Part shown: positions 1-12,883 of the stretch, in pieces
Layout of the letters: every line of letters starts with the position of its first letter
How positions within the stretch are numbered: position 1 is the first letter of the stretch
Assembly: GCF_000143415.4 (NCBI RefSeq)
Contig: NW_003314286.1
Span: forward strand, 79,826 to 143,825
Length of the DNA: 64,000 bases
From: Selaginella moellendorffii
Lineage: Eukaryota > Plantae > Lycopodiophyta
Direction of reading: 5' to 3'
The notes under the pieces: generated by a model
Told to the model about the DNA's origin: nothing
Databases searched by the model: none
Seen by the model: the letters and a program-made list of their open reading frames with translations, nothing else
Made by a program: the position numbers and the translations under genes

Positions 1-1207
1 GAGGAGCACCGTGTAGCTCCTCGGGAAGCTTGTGCTGGCTAAAGAACTTCTTGAAACTGCCTTGATGTTGAGTTTCTGCAATGTCTCAAAGAATTATATC
101 GAGCAAAAGTTTAAACAACGGCACTACCTGCGTCAAAAAGCGACCACAATAAAGAATGGTACCTTCCAGAACTCCGAATTTGCGTTTTGGTCCTTTTATC
201 CTTTTCCCGTAAAGAGATCTTCTTTAGTCCCGAGACAAGAGATGACCAGTCACTAGTGTCTTTATCCGTTATCTCGGACAAAGCCAAGTCCTTGCAAGTT
301 TCGAAACACCTTCCAACTCTAAAATTCGGACAGAGATCAAATTCCTTCGGGAAAGAAAAAGAAAAAGCACGTACTCGGTTGCAGAAGCGAGACGTCTCAC
401 AAGAATAGATGGAGGTATAGCAGCCACCGTGACGGCCTTCTTATATGCCTCCTCCTCAGCCGGATCCTTTGTGGGACTCTGCGGAAAAGCAAACATCTCA
501 TGTAAGCCCTCGTAAGCAGCATCTTCCATGTCGAGAACCTCTCTGGCAATGCTAGCAACGGGATGTACGGTCTCGTTCGAATATAAACCCCGTTTAACTC
601 GCCTGACAGCTGCAAAGTACCGCCTCCAAAATTCCTTCTCCTTCATCGCTTTGGGAACAAAGTGAAAACGCAGAGCCTGAAGGTCTTTGTCTAGCTGACA
701 GTTAAAAAGATTTTAATTCCTCGGTAAGATGAAAAGAAAAGCTCCAGTACCTCCAAGATACGCATCGCAGATTCCATGTCAACTTGCATTCCCCCATCCG
801 GTTCGCAGTAAAGAAACTCCGAGCTCTGCTAGAACAACTAAGATACCTTCACCGGAGATGAAAGAACATCCACGTACCTTGGAAACTTCCAGGATTCTTC
901 TGCGGCATTCCTCTTCGAGACCCTTTTCCAGCTCCGTTTTCCCGACCCAAGGAAGCTCTCCCGGCTCATCTAAAACATAAAAAAAAAAACTCTCTCCAAA
1001 CCTTCGAATGAAAAACAAACAAAGTCACACAACCTTGTGCGTGAGAGGAAAACTCCGATACAAAATCCGCCTTGATTTCAGTCAGCATGCGCTCCGCCTT
1101 GGCCGCAGCATTCTGGAAAACTGAGCAAACGACCGATCGATCCAAAGAAAAGCAAAGAAAATGGAATGATCACCTGTTTTGGCCTTGGACACGAATTTGG
1201 ACTCCAT
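1..1207 (-). CDS. Multi-exon gene, truncated at the left window edge: Rab3GAP catalytic-subunit-like protein carrying an N-proximal SYAP1-type BSD domain
   Basis: Spliced reading from ATG 1207: MESKFVSKAKT/VFQNAAAKAERMLTEIK..., LPWVGKTELEKGLEEECRRRILEVSK, AMRILE/LDKDLQALRFHFVPKAMKEKEFWRRYF (BSD FWxxYF motif), IPPSILVRRLASA, SLREKDK, ELHGAP. The non-BSD motifs match my recollection of plant Rab3GAP1-like proteins. Confidence 0.65.
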
Positions 1208-2009
1208 CCAAGCGATCGCCCGCCTACATTGCAGCTGAGGCGATCGATCCAATCCCCCTCCGGCGCGCCGATCCACCCCCGAGAGAGAGAAACCACAAAA
1301 CACCAAACCCTAGCCTCTATTTCTCCGTTTTACGAAGTCAATAGAAAAAACGGAATATGCTATGGAGCATAAGTTTTAGCATATTCTCGCAATAACCCAA
1401 ATAGTGTCACGCGTTCTTCTCAATGTTTCCTTGACGGCTCAATCATATGAATGGCGTGTCAAGTAAATCAACATTATATCTTATTTATCAATGCGATTCT
1501 CCCTCGATTATATCTTCCTCGATCCTTTCACTTTCAATCACCTGGATCAGGGCGGTGCTACATGTCAAAAAATCCGAGGAGCGATCCAAGAGTGCGTGTT
1601 CTTTTTCCTAATCTTCAATTCTCTGGTGATAAATCTCCCACCACCCTTTCAAGCATCATAGCACTCCATGCGCGTTATGTGGTTTACGTGGCATTTGATC
1701 CAGTCAAGAAAATCGATCCGGGCAAAGTCCGTCCCAAATGTTTTTTGATCCTTTGGAAATGGAATATCAGTGAAAAAACTTTATGTGTTTACAGGTGTTA
1801 AAAAACTGGCGAGTTGTTTGCGTGTATAAATGTGGCACCGTGGCTTGATCCCGGACCTATCGCAGCGCTTTCCTCGATCTAGCAATCTCCCCCTTCCTCC
1901 TCTTCGTCTTTATCGTAGAATTCTTCCCCACTCTATCCTTTTGATCGTCATCATCATCGTCAATCACCTGAAAGCAACGAAAAAATCTCGCAAAAAGGAT
2001 TAGCTAGAA

Positions 2010-3043
2010 ATGCCTCTCCAGGACACTTTCCCAAATTCTCTAGACCTGGAGCAAGGTGACAACGCCATCATTGCGGTCGGAGGCGACAAAATCCAAAGCC
2101 GCCCAAGAAGCTTGGAACTCTTGAAAAAGGTTTGGTGATGATCATCATCGCAAAAACTTTATAAACTTGGGCAATTAACGATGTGTTCCTTGGATTCGTT
2201 CGTGAAGGTCTTGGCGGAGTTCTTGGGCTCTCTCGTGCTCCTCCTCGGCTGCGCGGGCACCGCGATCCTGGCGAGCAAGCCATCCAACGGCTTTGGGATA
2301 CATGGAATCTCGGCCGGGGCCGCATTGACGGTCATGATCGTCATCTTCTCCACTGGACACATCTCCGGTGCCCATGTCAATCCAGCCGTCTCTCTCGCCT
2401 TTGCCTCGCTCGGCCGATTCCCATGGATACAGGTTCGAAGCTCCTGTCCCGTTTCTATCTAATCGCTAAACTCTGTTTCTTCTCTTGTTCTATTTGAAAG
2501 GTTCCACTCTACTCTGGAGCGCAGTTCCTGGGATCTGTGTGTGCCTCTTTCATGCTCAACGCGTTCTTCCAGGGAGATCCAAACATCCATGCCGGGGTGA
2601 CCGTCCCCTCCAACACCGAGTGGCAATCCTTCGCGGTGGAGCTCGTCATATCTGCCATCTTGATGTTTGTTGTTACAGCAGTGGCGACGGATCCACATGC
2701 AATTGGAGACTCGGCAGCGGTGGCAGTGGCCGCGACAGTCTATCTCAACAATCTCCTTGCCAGGTTTCTAGTTCTCTTCGATCTTCCTCTTCTTGCTTGA
2801 TTAGCAAAGTTGGTAGTTCTTTTATCCAGCATTCTAGGAAGAGAGATTCACCCTTTTCTTTGCTAGTTGACAAGTTTGGTGGTATTGTTTAGTGCAATCT
2901 CTGGAGCTTCCATGAATCCCATTCGGACGTTTGGTCCGGCTCTAGCTGCTGGAGAATACAGAGGATTGTGGGTGTACTTCTTTGGGCCGATTTTGGGAAC
3001 TCAATTGGGAGCTGGATTCTACACTTTGATCCGCTCCAGCTGA
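2010..3043 (+). CDS. NIP: NIP-type aquaporin (major intrinsic protein), 4 exons
   Basis: [19 protein letters not shown] (loop B NPA), [38 protein letters not shown] (loop E), LWVYFFGP; GT-AG introns; stop TGA at 3041-3043. Confidence 0.93.
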
Positions 3044-4809
3044 TTGTCAGCCAAGAAAGTTCTACCAATCCGCCATTCAAAAATCTACACCATGTAAATC
3101 GTTATACAAATTTGAAAAATTCCAGTTTTGTGACCTCGAAAGAGCACAAGTAGAATAGAAAGACATTGACACGAGATTTGGTGATTATTCCCGTGGCTCT
3201 GGCTCGGTTGAAATCACAGAAATCTTTGGTGTGGAACCCGCGATCCAGCAACTGGCTGGAAAATGGTCGGTCCAATATGATTCGCAAATTATAATGAACT
3301 TTTCCCTTTGGAAAGACTTTTTTTTCTCGTGGCCGAAACGAATTTTCCTATACAAGACAATGGCTACGAATCGAGCTTGCTCTGTACAATTCACGAATCA
3401 ATTCGTGCAGTGCTGAGAAAGCTTGCGTATGAAAACATGTTTCAGGAGAGATTGACATTGATCGAAACGCATCTTGGCTATTGAAAAGTTGCTAGGGTGT
3501 GAACGTTCGTCGGCCAGATTGATCCATGGATGGATGGAGGCTGGAATCTAAACTTTCTCTCATTGTGGGGTACGAAACTTTACCCCTTCTTTCGGTCCAC
3601 TTGCAAGGACATTGCTTGATTCATGGAGACATAGCCTAGCTAGTGCTTTAAGCGCTTGCAGATTGAATTTTTGCATCAAACCCATTGGTTGTAATTAGAG
3701 GAATATTTATTATCTCCACCGCCCAACGCTTAGCAATGGCAGATGCTGTTCAAGAGAGTGTGGCACCACTGGTGGGTATGGGAGATCATAGCAAGGTCGA
3801 CCTCCCTGGTGGAGCTACTTTGCAAGCAATGCACGAACTATCTTGTGGAGGTAACGCAAGACATCATGAGGACGACATCGAGACATGGATGAAAGCTTGA
3901 GGGCGGCCCTCCCCAGCAACCAGGCAGATGAGGCTCTGCTCAATCTCAAACATTGTATCCAGGGCTTCAATCGCAGCATTGACCAGAGCGGCTAAGCATG
4001 CGGTAATCCAGATGCTTGTTCGCGAGAAAGTGCCCTGGGGTCTGTCGTCAGTGATCAGTGTTCGCAAGTGATGGCTGAGGCATGAGGCATCGCAACACCA
4101 GGCCATACTTGTGGGACAGAAGAAGTGGATCGATTGGAACCGCAGATTTACGTTGTGATGCGGTGGATGATTCTACTGCTCACACAATTCAAAGTTACAG
4201 GGAGAGTACTCGAGTTTCTACGAGGAGAAGAGAGGTTCTTAAGCTTCCAACATCCTCGGCATTACCTCGAATGAGCCAGGTCAGTAAACTCTTATGCCAA
4301 CCGGTTCTCATGTTTTCATGGAAGCCTAATTTTATCCTATGCTGATTTCTGCCTAGACAATGACAGTATCAAGGTCAGCATCAGTACTTTTTGCTGGCAG
4401 ATACCACGCTATGTGAAGCCATTGCGGGAATTCGACACCTGTTGCTGCATACATCACGATCAAATGGACCTCATGCACAGTGGTTTGATGAGACTAAGAA
4501 GTTCTTGCAAGGAGGCCCATAGAACACCTTGTTTATGCCCGTGTGGCCAGTGGACAGGGAATGGCTGCTCTGCTAATGTACAACATTGGGGAGAGCGTCT
4601 TTTGTCCGAAGCTAGCCGGAGTCCTCGTGGTACTACCACAGGTGTTACATCCTGGTAGTGTGGGCGGGCACGAGTACACATCCATGCAGCATGTTTGAGT
4701 GCAATGATAGGAATATTCTGTCCAAACATCCAACTTTAACATGGTCTTGGAGGCTACAGGGAATGAATTTCTGCTTGCGTTCAAGTCTGGGCTTGCATGT
4801 TACATTCCA

Positions 4810-4909
4810 NNNNNNNNNNNNNNNNNNNNNNNNNNNNNNNNNNNNNNNNNNNNNNNNNNNNNNNNNNNNNNNNNNNNNNNNNNNNNNNNNNNNNNNNNNN
4901 NNNNNNNNN
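4810..4909. other. Assembly gap (100 N)
   Basis: Run of N. Confidence 1.
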
Positions 4910-5515
4910 TTCATGTATTGGAGGCAGCATACAGCCACTGCTTACTCGACCATCTGCAGCAAAAAGAATTGAAAGCATTCCAAATACCTGGCCACGGGAG
5001 CACTTGCCAAATAGACTTAATGAAGTGAGCCAGACCAGTTAGTTTTCTTGCCCCGTGAAAAGATCTGTAAGTACTATATATATAGTCATATGAGTAAAAT
5101 ATATTTTGTAACAGGATATACATCATTCGATACAATATATTTTATTTTTTCAAAAATTTGTGGTGAATACTCTTAGTAGAAAGTTTTTAGGAGTGGAATA
5201 TTTTGCTGTGCTCCAAGCTATTTTTATAAGATACTTGGAAAATAATCTAGTCACACTCATGTTTTATACATATGAATATATAAAAGGTGTTTAAATCCTG
5301 TAAATAAATGTTTAAGGTTCAAGTCTAGTTGGATTGCAAATATTGAGCAGATTCTAGTAACTAGAGAGATAAAAACATTCATTTGCCCCAAAAATCTTGG
5401 TTTTAGGGTGTTTATATTTCTTTAATTCAAGTATTAGTGGATATATTGAAAATATACTTGGATATTCTAGGATCTTTTACCATTAGCATTTTGTGTTTAT
5501 AAATTATAAACATGC

Positions 5516-5608
5516 TCATAATTATAAATTTTCAATGTAAGAGATGGACCTAATTTTAAACATCTTCATAATTATAAATTTTCAATGTAAGAGATGGACC
5601 TAATTTAA
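5516..5608. repeat. Direct tandem duplication of about 50 bp
   Basis: tcataattataaattttcaatgtaagagatggacctaattt occurs twice. Confidence 0.9.
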
Positions 5609-6320
5609 CCAATTGCATATACATAGTTAGTGGCCTAATAATATATTCTCATGTGGAGGATGCAATACCTCATTGCATGACCTTTTTTCCCATAACACTG
5701 GTTTAAAATCACTAGGTGACAAAGGGTGAAACATTGGTGGCTTCAAGGATCAAGTCACAGCAATGGACTTCTTAGAGGTGGCGGACAAATTTTCTAGGGA
5801 GACAAGGTGGTGATGGATTTCCAAGGATATGGGTGGGGCATAGGAAAAATGCCAACATTGAGATTCTATATTAGCAATAGAGTGTGTGGTATGTTAAATA
5901 AGCTGCTAGAGAGACATATGAGAAAAGTTAGAAGGAAAAGGAAGGAGGCCTCTCTCTAGTTTGCGGATGTGGAAACGGCTCTTGGTATGGAGTGCTAAGA
6001 TTCTTGATTCTCAATTTTACTTATCCATTGCTTCTTTTCTTGGCAAATAGAGCTTAGCCTTAATAGCTCATTCTTTATCAATAAAGTCTTGATGTGCCAT
6101 TTGACCACCTAAAAGATTTGTTGTGGTTACAGAATATGGGCATATTCATTTATTGATTCTTGTTTTTACTATTTATTCATTAAAAATCAGCCATTAACTT
6201 ATAAATAATATTAATAATAAAATGACAAATCAATATTGTTATTAAGTTGATCCTTAATTTATCTAGTGAATTTGATATTATTCTTTATTTATGAATTGTA
6301 TACTTTCATTCTTTTGAAAA

Positions 6321-8205
6321 TATTAAGTAGTAAGACACTGTCATCTTATATGCATTCAAACTAATATGCACAACTATTAGAAATATATTTAACAAAACTA
6401 ACTCTAGTATATATCCAACTTCAAGGAGATTTATTAAATATGCAAGAGGTTTTGTATTACTCCTATCTATCATACATGCGAGGATTGGAGAAGCATTAAA
6501 GGCTTGATAAACATATGATATAGTTACATCTAAATTTAGAGCTAAACTCCAAATCTGTTATACTATTAAATGGGGTCCAGTGCATAATTAATATCTCTTA
6601 TGAGCACTAGTTCCCTGTATCTAACTCTTGCATGTAAAATAGTGTTAAACAATATCTAGTATAATTTCAGTATACTAATGGCATAATATGAAGAGGAAGG
6701 TACCCCAACTAGAGTAGCATAGACTTTAGGCTTAAACCCAAGTTAGATGCAAAACAAAGATTAATATAACCTTGTAAAGGCAAAATCAATATCTCAAGTG
6801 GTCCTATGCAATCCAACTAATCCTACATAGATTGTTTTAAATTTACTAGAAAAGTCTTTATGTATACAATTAAAATAAAAAACTCCAATAAAAAATGAAT
6901 AAAAATCACTGAGACAATTCTTTTGATACCAAATGTAACACATCTAAATTTAGAGCTAAACTCTAAGCCCATTGCACTACGAAACAAGGGTTTGGGTATG
7001 CATTTAATATCCCTTATAAACATTAGCTCTTTGTATTTAGCTTTTGCATGCAAAAGAATGTCAGACGATGTTTGGCACAATTTCACCATACCGGTGGTTT
7101 AACACAAAGAGGAAGATACCCATTGAGCGACACAACCTAACAAGAAATTAATGTCTCAAGTGGTTAGCCATGCAATCCAACCACCATCCCTACTATGCAT
7201 TTGGAACCCCCAAATGTATTAATTAGTAACACACTTGTGACTAATTATCTTATATGTTTTCAAACTAATATACATAACTGTTAGAAATATATTTACTAAA
7301 ATAATGAAAAACTTACTCTAGTATATATCCAACTTCAAGGAGATTTGTTAAATATACAAGAGATTGTATATTGCTTATATCTATCACACATCCAAGGATT
7401 GGAGAAATATTAAAGGCTTGATTAACATATGATATAGCTATATGAATAACATTGCCAAATTGTAGTGCACCTAAATTTAGAGTTAAACTCCAAGTTTTTT
7501 GCATTATTAAATAAAGGTCTGGTACATATTCAATATCCTTTATAAGCATTAACTCCTTATATTCAACTCTTATATGCAAAATAATGTCATATAGTGTCTA
7601 GTATAATTTCAGCATACTAATGGTATAACCTGAGGACGAAGGTACCCCATTAACTAGAGTAGCATAAACCTTAGGTTTAGACCCAAGCTGAATGCAAAAC
7701 AAAAAACAACACAGCCTAATAGAAGCCAAATTAATATCTCAAGTGGTCAGCCATGCAATCCAACCAATCTTACATGGGTTGCTTTGGATCTATTAGAAAA
7801 GTCTCTATGCATGCAACTATAGTTAAAACTTTAACAAAAAATGAATAGGAATCACTAAGATAATTCCTTTAATACCAAATGTAACACACTTAAAATTAAA
7901 GTTGAACTCTAAGCTTATTGCACTACGAAACAAGGATTCGAGTATGCACTAAATATCCCTTACAAATACTAGCTCCCCGTATTTAGCTCTTACATACAAA
8001 ATAATGTCAAACGGTATTTAACACAATTTCGGCATACTAGTGGCTTAAAACAAAAATGAAAATACCCCACTGACTAAAATAGCATGGAGCTTGGGCTTAG
8101 ACCCAAACTAGATGTAGAACAAAAAGTGATATAACCTAGTAGGAAATTAATATCTCAAGTGGTTGGCTATACAATCTAACTATTATTTCTACTATACATT
8201 AAAAC
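6321..8205 (-). mobile_element. Degenerate tandem array: two ~0.9-1.0 kb units, each with two ~290-bp LTR-like repeats and a Met-tRNA PBS (tandem TRIM-like)
   Basis: 6321-7216 is similar to 7217-8205. The core ctaaatttagagctaaactc...atatctcaagtggt recurs 4 times (~6525, 6934, 7461, 7880). The minus strand reads TGTTACA-TT-TGGTATCA at 6940-6924, degenerate at 7886-7870. Confidence 0.6.
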
Positions 8206-9769
8206 CTCTTGCAATATTGAGGAATTAGTTTTAATATTGAGTGGGTTCTCAACACTAACAAGTGCAAGTCAACAATATAAAATTCTCATCACTATGCTAA
8301 GTATACTTGATTTAATGACAACTTATCATTTTTTAGTGTCCTTTTGGTTTTAGTTTCTCAATTAGCTTAAGAAGAGATTATAAAGGGAACCAACAATACC
8401 AACCTCCTACTATTATAGCAGTAAAGAGAGAGTATCTATAAAGATCGGTTGATAAGTATCTTTTGATACTCGAAGTTATATTTGCAACATGAATGAAAAT
8501 AATAAATCTAAATATAGTGATAGATAAATAATATTAAGGCTTGAGTCACTTTTTACATAAGGATTGTGTAAGTTTTTGAATTTAGACTTTTCAGGAAGTC
8601 ATATAACCTAGTACTACTCAACTTTAAAGATACTTTATTTTATATATCTAATGATCTTTAACCAATTAAAAAATTTATAGTTTTAATAAAAAACCTCTCT
8701 TTAGTTGCTTACAACTTAGATCTTGTAAAATGCAATAAATATTTTCTATTATTTTGTGTTTCTGCAGTTTCTTATTTCCTCAATATAGTGGTAGTGGTAT
8801 AGTAATAATCACCACAATAAGAGATAGATTGTTATTTCTAGAATTAAAATTTTATTTTCTTGATTCTTTAATTTTCACCAAAGGAATATATAGAGAATGT
8901 CATAAACTATATAATGGTAAATGTTTTATAGAATTACTAAGAAAAATATTCTTGATTATAAACATCACAATCAAAGAGATAAATGACAAGTTTGTAAAAG
9001 ACCTCATATCTAGATGTTCAGCTTTTATAATCTCCACTTGCAAACACATTGATTGATCATTTAGTAAAACTAAACCCCTTTATAATTATGAACTAAAAAG
9101 GCAAATTCCTCATTAATAAATGGCAGCCTCTTGGAAAAAAACCCAAAACTCTGAATAAGCAATCCAAATTACTAACTTAAACAATCTGTTCCAAAAAAAT
9201 CCTATACTCATAAATTTACTTGAGAACAAGATAAACACTTTAACTCATAAGTTTGCCCTAGTCTAACCTCATAAAACCAAATTATATTGAGATGATGAAA
9301 TTATTAATAAAAAACAAAAAAAATAAAGAAGAAAAAATTTGAACACTCTTAAGTACAAAGTCCTCAAACTATTTTAGAGTCTTTATAGGTCTTGAATTTA
9401 AATCATATGAGCAAAGATTTACAAGAGATAACAAATACATAACATCATCCTCTTATGTGGTGTAGGATTAAACTTAAATGGATATCCTTGATGGAAATTT
9501 GCAACCAACTCAAAAGGTGAGAAGCACACTTTCAAATACAATCACTAAGAAAATACCTAAGCTAGTCAATTAAACACTAAAGTTTATGATATAAATAAAA
9601 GATTGTAAATAAGACTAAAAGGTGTGGTGATTTCCCTCCACAGTATTGATGGGACTAAAAGGTGGTGATTTCCCCTCCACAAAATTGATTAAAAAAATTA
9701 TAAAATTGATGTAGTGGCAAGATGTCAACTCTTCTTTTGTCGAAAAAATTCTTGACAAATAAGACAAAT

Positions 9770-12565
9770 TAATGAATATCACATGCTTGCATGATATATA
9801 ATAAGATCATTGTTTTGATGCTATTTTCTATGTCTAATAGTTGATCATCATGAAATTTTTGCAGGCTGCAATGCACCAGAAACCAACTATAACACTTGTC
9901 AATCCCAGAAGATCCACTAGCGTGATATTCAAAACATTCAGCAAAAAGATTTTCAGTCTCATTTACTTTATTGGAAACTCCTTTCTTGAAAAGCATTCTT
10001 TCACGTGCACACCACCTTGTTGCCACAACTTAGAATAGATAACAGTCTTCACAGAGGGAAAAGAAAAATGGTGTTTTTGTTTAATTTTTAATCATTACTC
10101 AAATGGCATCTTTATGAACAAACATCCAACCATGAATCAACAAAGCCATTAAGCAAGGGTTTTATGCTGGGATCCACTTTCATTTTCTTTTCACCTCTTC
10201 TAATAGAAACTTGACTTTCCTCCCTCAAATAGAGGTTACACCAGAATGACAAAGTCTGTAGAAACCAAGAGTTTAATACACCCATTACAAGATAACTCTC
10301 GTTAGCATCAGCTACTTCAATGTACTCTTGTGTTGGGAAAACTTGTTCAGATCCAAGGTATAAAAAGCACTACCCTACAATAAAAGGAAAACTTCAAATT
10401 ACATTACCTGGTAAAGTGTCTTACTTGTCTTAACTTGCACAAGAACAGGAATAAGGGTCATCGGGTGTTGCTGCTGCGAAGCAGTGTCAGTCTCTGAGAC
10501 TTAGCCACGATCTCCCTAGGAACTCTCACCTGACATATCTAAGAAAAACAGGCGTCTGACCCAAATCCGGTGCTGACAGCATGCACATTCGAGCCTTGTG
10601 TCTCATCTGCGCCATCTGTTCACTGTGGATCCTTGGTTTCACAATCTTGGCTGGAATCTCTAGCTCATGTGAAGTGACCGTGTACACATCATCTTGAAGA
10701 AACCTAGAGATCAAATTTGCAGGTTGCATCCCATCCATTGCTTTTGCAATCATCTCCACTGCAATCATTTCGTATCCGTCCCCAATTCCGCTGCTTCTTG
10801 ACTGGGCGTTATAACCATAAGCAGTATCAGCTATACTCTATAAGCCTGATGGTTCGCCAACTTCTAAATAGTGCCACAAAAAATGGAGAACAAGAGGCTC
10901 CTCAATACGCAGTAGAACGTTTGCTGTGTCTGACCCTTCCGTCGAAGAATCCAAATCTTGCATTTCAAGCGTTCCACGGGCATGCAACCTTGCAAGTCCG
11001 TATTGAATCAAACCCTCTTGACATGCTTCCTAAAAAAGTCCTACACACTTTTGTAGGAAATGGCGAACTCCGTCCCAAAGTGTTAACTGCCATTGGCCTG
11101 TACTCTCGTATTCAACAAAGTAAGCAGTTGCTTTGCTGCGGTAACTTTTCAGGAATAAACGATTTTAATTGCAGTGTTTATGCTACTTTGGGGGATTTTA
11201 TGAGGAGGCCGACCTGAAGGATTATGCTAGTCGGATCCTTAAAGATACATCACAGGTGGATTTTCACAGGGTCTTCCAGCTATATAAGATGGGTTTTGTG
11301 TTTCACCAGAATAGTAGAACATGCTTGTGCGAAACCCAGCCATCAAACAACGCTAAAAACACATCCAAAAGAGATCTTGTTCTTGACAGGTGAATCAAAC
11401 CTATTAACCAAGTTGTCCTGCACCACCTGGCATTCGTCGTCCGTCTTAATCAAACGATCAAATACCTCTTCGATCCCACAGTCACTGGATATTAACTCAT
11501 GTAGTTTAACATTTAGAACGCCATCTCTCGCCACACGGTCAGCTCGGGGATTCTTGTCTGTAATGGATACAATAGCTCACTTAGTTCTGCCAGGAAGTGA
11601 AATCCAACCTACTTAAACAACCAGTATTTGGCCCAAACCTGAAGTGGCATGCTTCTTGTTAGGGACAAATGCATATCACTCCCCTCTCTTACGTAACTAC
11701 CCTTTTGCCACGCCCACTCCTCACTGAATTGTGCATTCTACCCCCCTGTGCTACCTCCTTCAACTTGTCTAGGATGAAGAATCTGCTGAGGAGAACAGCT
11801 TTGAAGCAGCACCATGTCACGTGCATCGGAATTGACTGGTTTCCTGGATACAGAACCATTAGCGGCATCTAAGTCTGCGGAGCCCTCCATTCCAATCCGT
11901 CCCATAGGAACAAAATACAGAGGCAAACGGTCCACTGCAACCTGAGCCTTTCCAGGGCCAGAAACATCGAAAAGTACCACCAGGCCAGGGTGTGTTATAT
12001 CCACTTGATCCAGAATGTATTTGGAGGCAGGCAATGCCAGGAAGGCAAGGTTTAGGACTGTCGGGAGCTTGGAAAACCGTCCCTTTTGCAAACGTCTGGA
12101 AAGCTGGCCTTAAAATCACTTCCCAACGCCAAAGAGTAGAAAGCCTGTCCTCCCGTCCTCTAGCTTTAATGGGTGTCTCCCACTCAACGATGCCGGCTTA
12201 GGAAGTACTTGATCTGCTCTATGTATTTGGTTCCATACTTGTCCAAGAGAGCTTGCACATCTCGATGGACGGCATTGTAGCGATCCAGCAGCAGCATCAA
12301 CAAGATCAAACAATTAAGCTTTGAACGAACACATAGAAAGGCAAGAATACACAAGTAACGATTCGTCAGTACACCAGATCCACAAGGAAGCACACGTAAG
12401 TAAATGGCAGGGGGCGCTGCAAAAACAAAATTTGTCAGCAATGGATGAACAAGCCAAGACCAAACATTTGAGTAAGATAAGCTTTTCTTCTCAGCCGGCC
12501 CTCCTTCTTCCTCAGCTGGTCCTCTTTTTTCTGCCAACCTCACATATTTGCCTCTATTTGCCAAG
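9770..12565 (-). pseudogene. Decayed Crinkler-type P-loop NTPase + restriction-endonuclease-fold gene, copy 1
   Basis: Fragments LFDVSGPGKA (mutated Walker A), LYFVPMGRIGMEGSADL, AVLLSRFFIL, KYWLFK*V, DDECQV, RIEEPLVL, FGSDA, LIPVLVQVK; stops, frameshifts and an internal inversion. Confidence 0.65.
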
Positions 12566-12883
12566 TGAATATTCCAGAATCAGAGTTTAAGTAACCCTTT
12601 TTATTATTAAAATTAACAAGAAAATAAGTACAAACAATACCATTTGAAACGTATTTTAATGTAAGCCACTTCAAATATTGATTGCAAGCATATAATATTC
12701 TAGAAAACGAACGCGACATTAGAAAGTTTTAGTTAATAACAACTCAAACTGAGCTTTACTTGAGTTTATTTATTTCTTAAACTAATGTTAACTAATGTTA
12801 TTGAGTGGTTTGCCTAAGCAAACCGAAAGTAAGAAAGAGAAACGAAACATAGCACAGAATATACTTTATGCCGTTTACTAACT

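Noticed and set aside
4645-5042. ORFs spanning the N gap (also those at 51606-52167)
   Set aside because: Artefacts of translating placeholder Ns.
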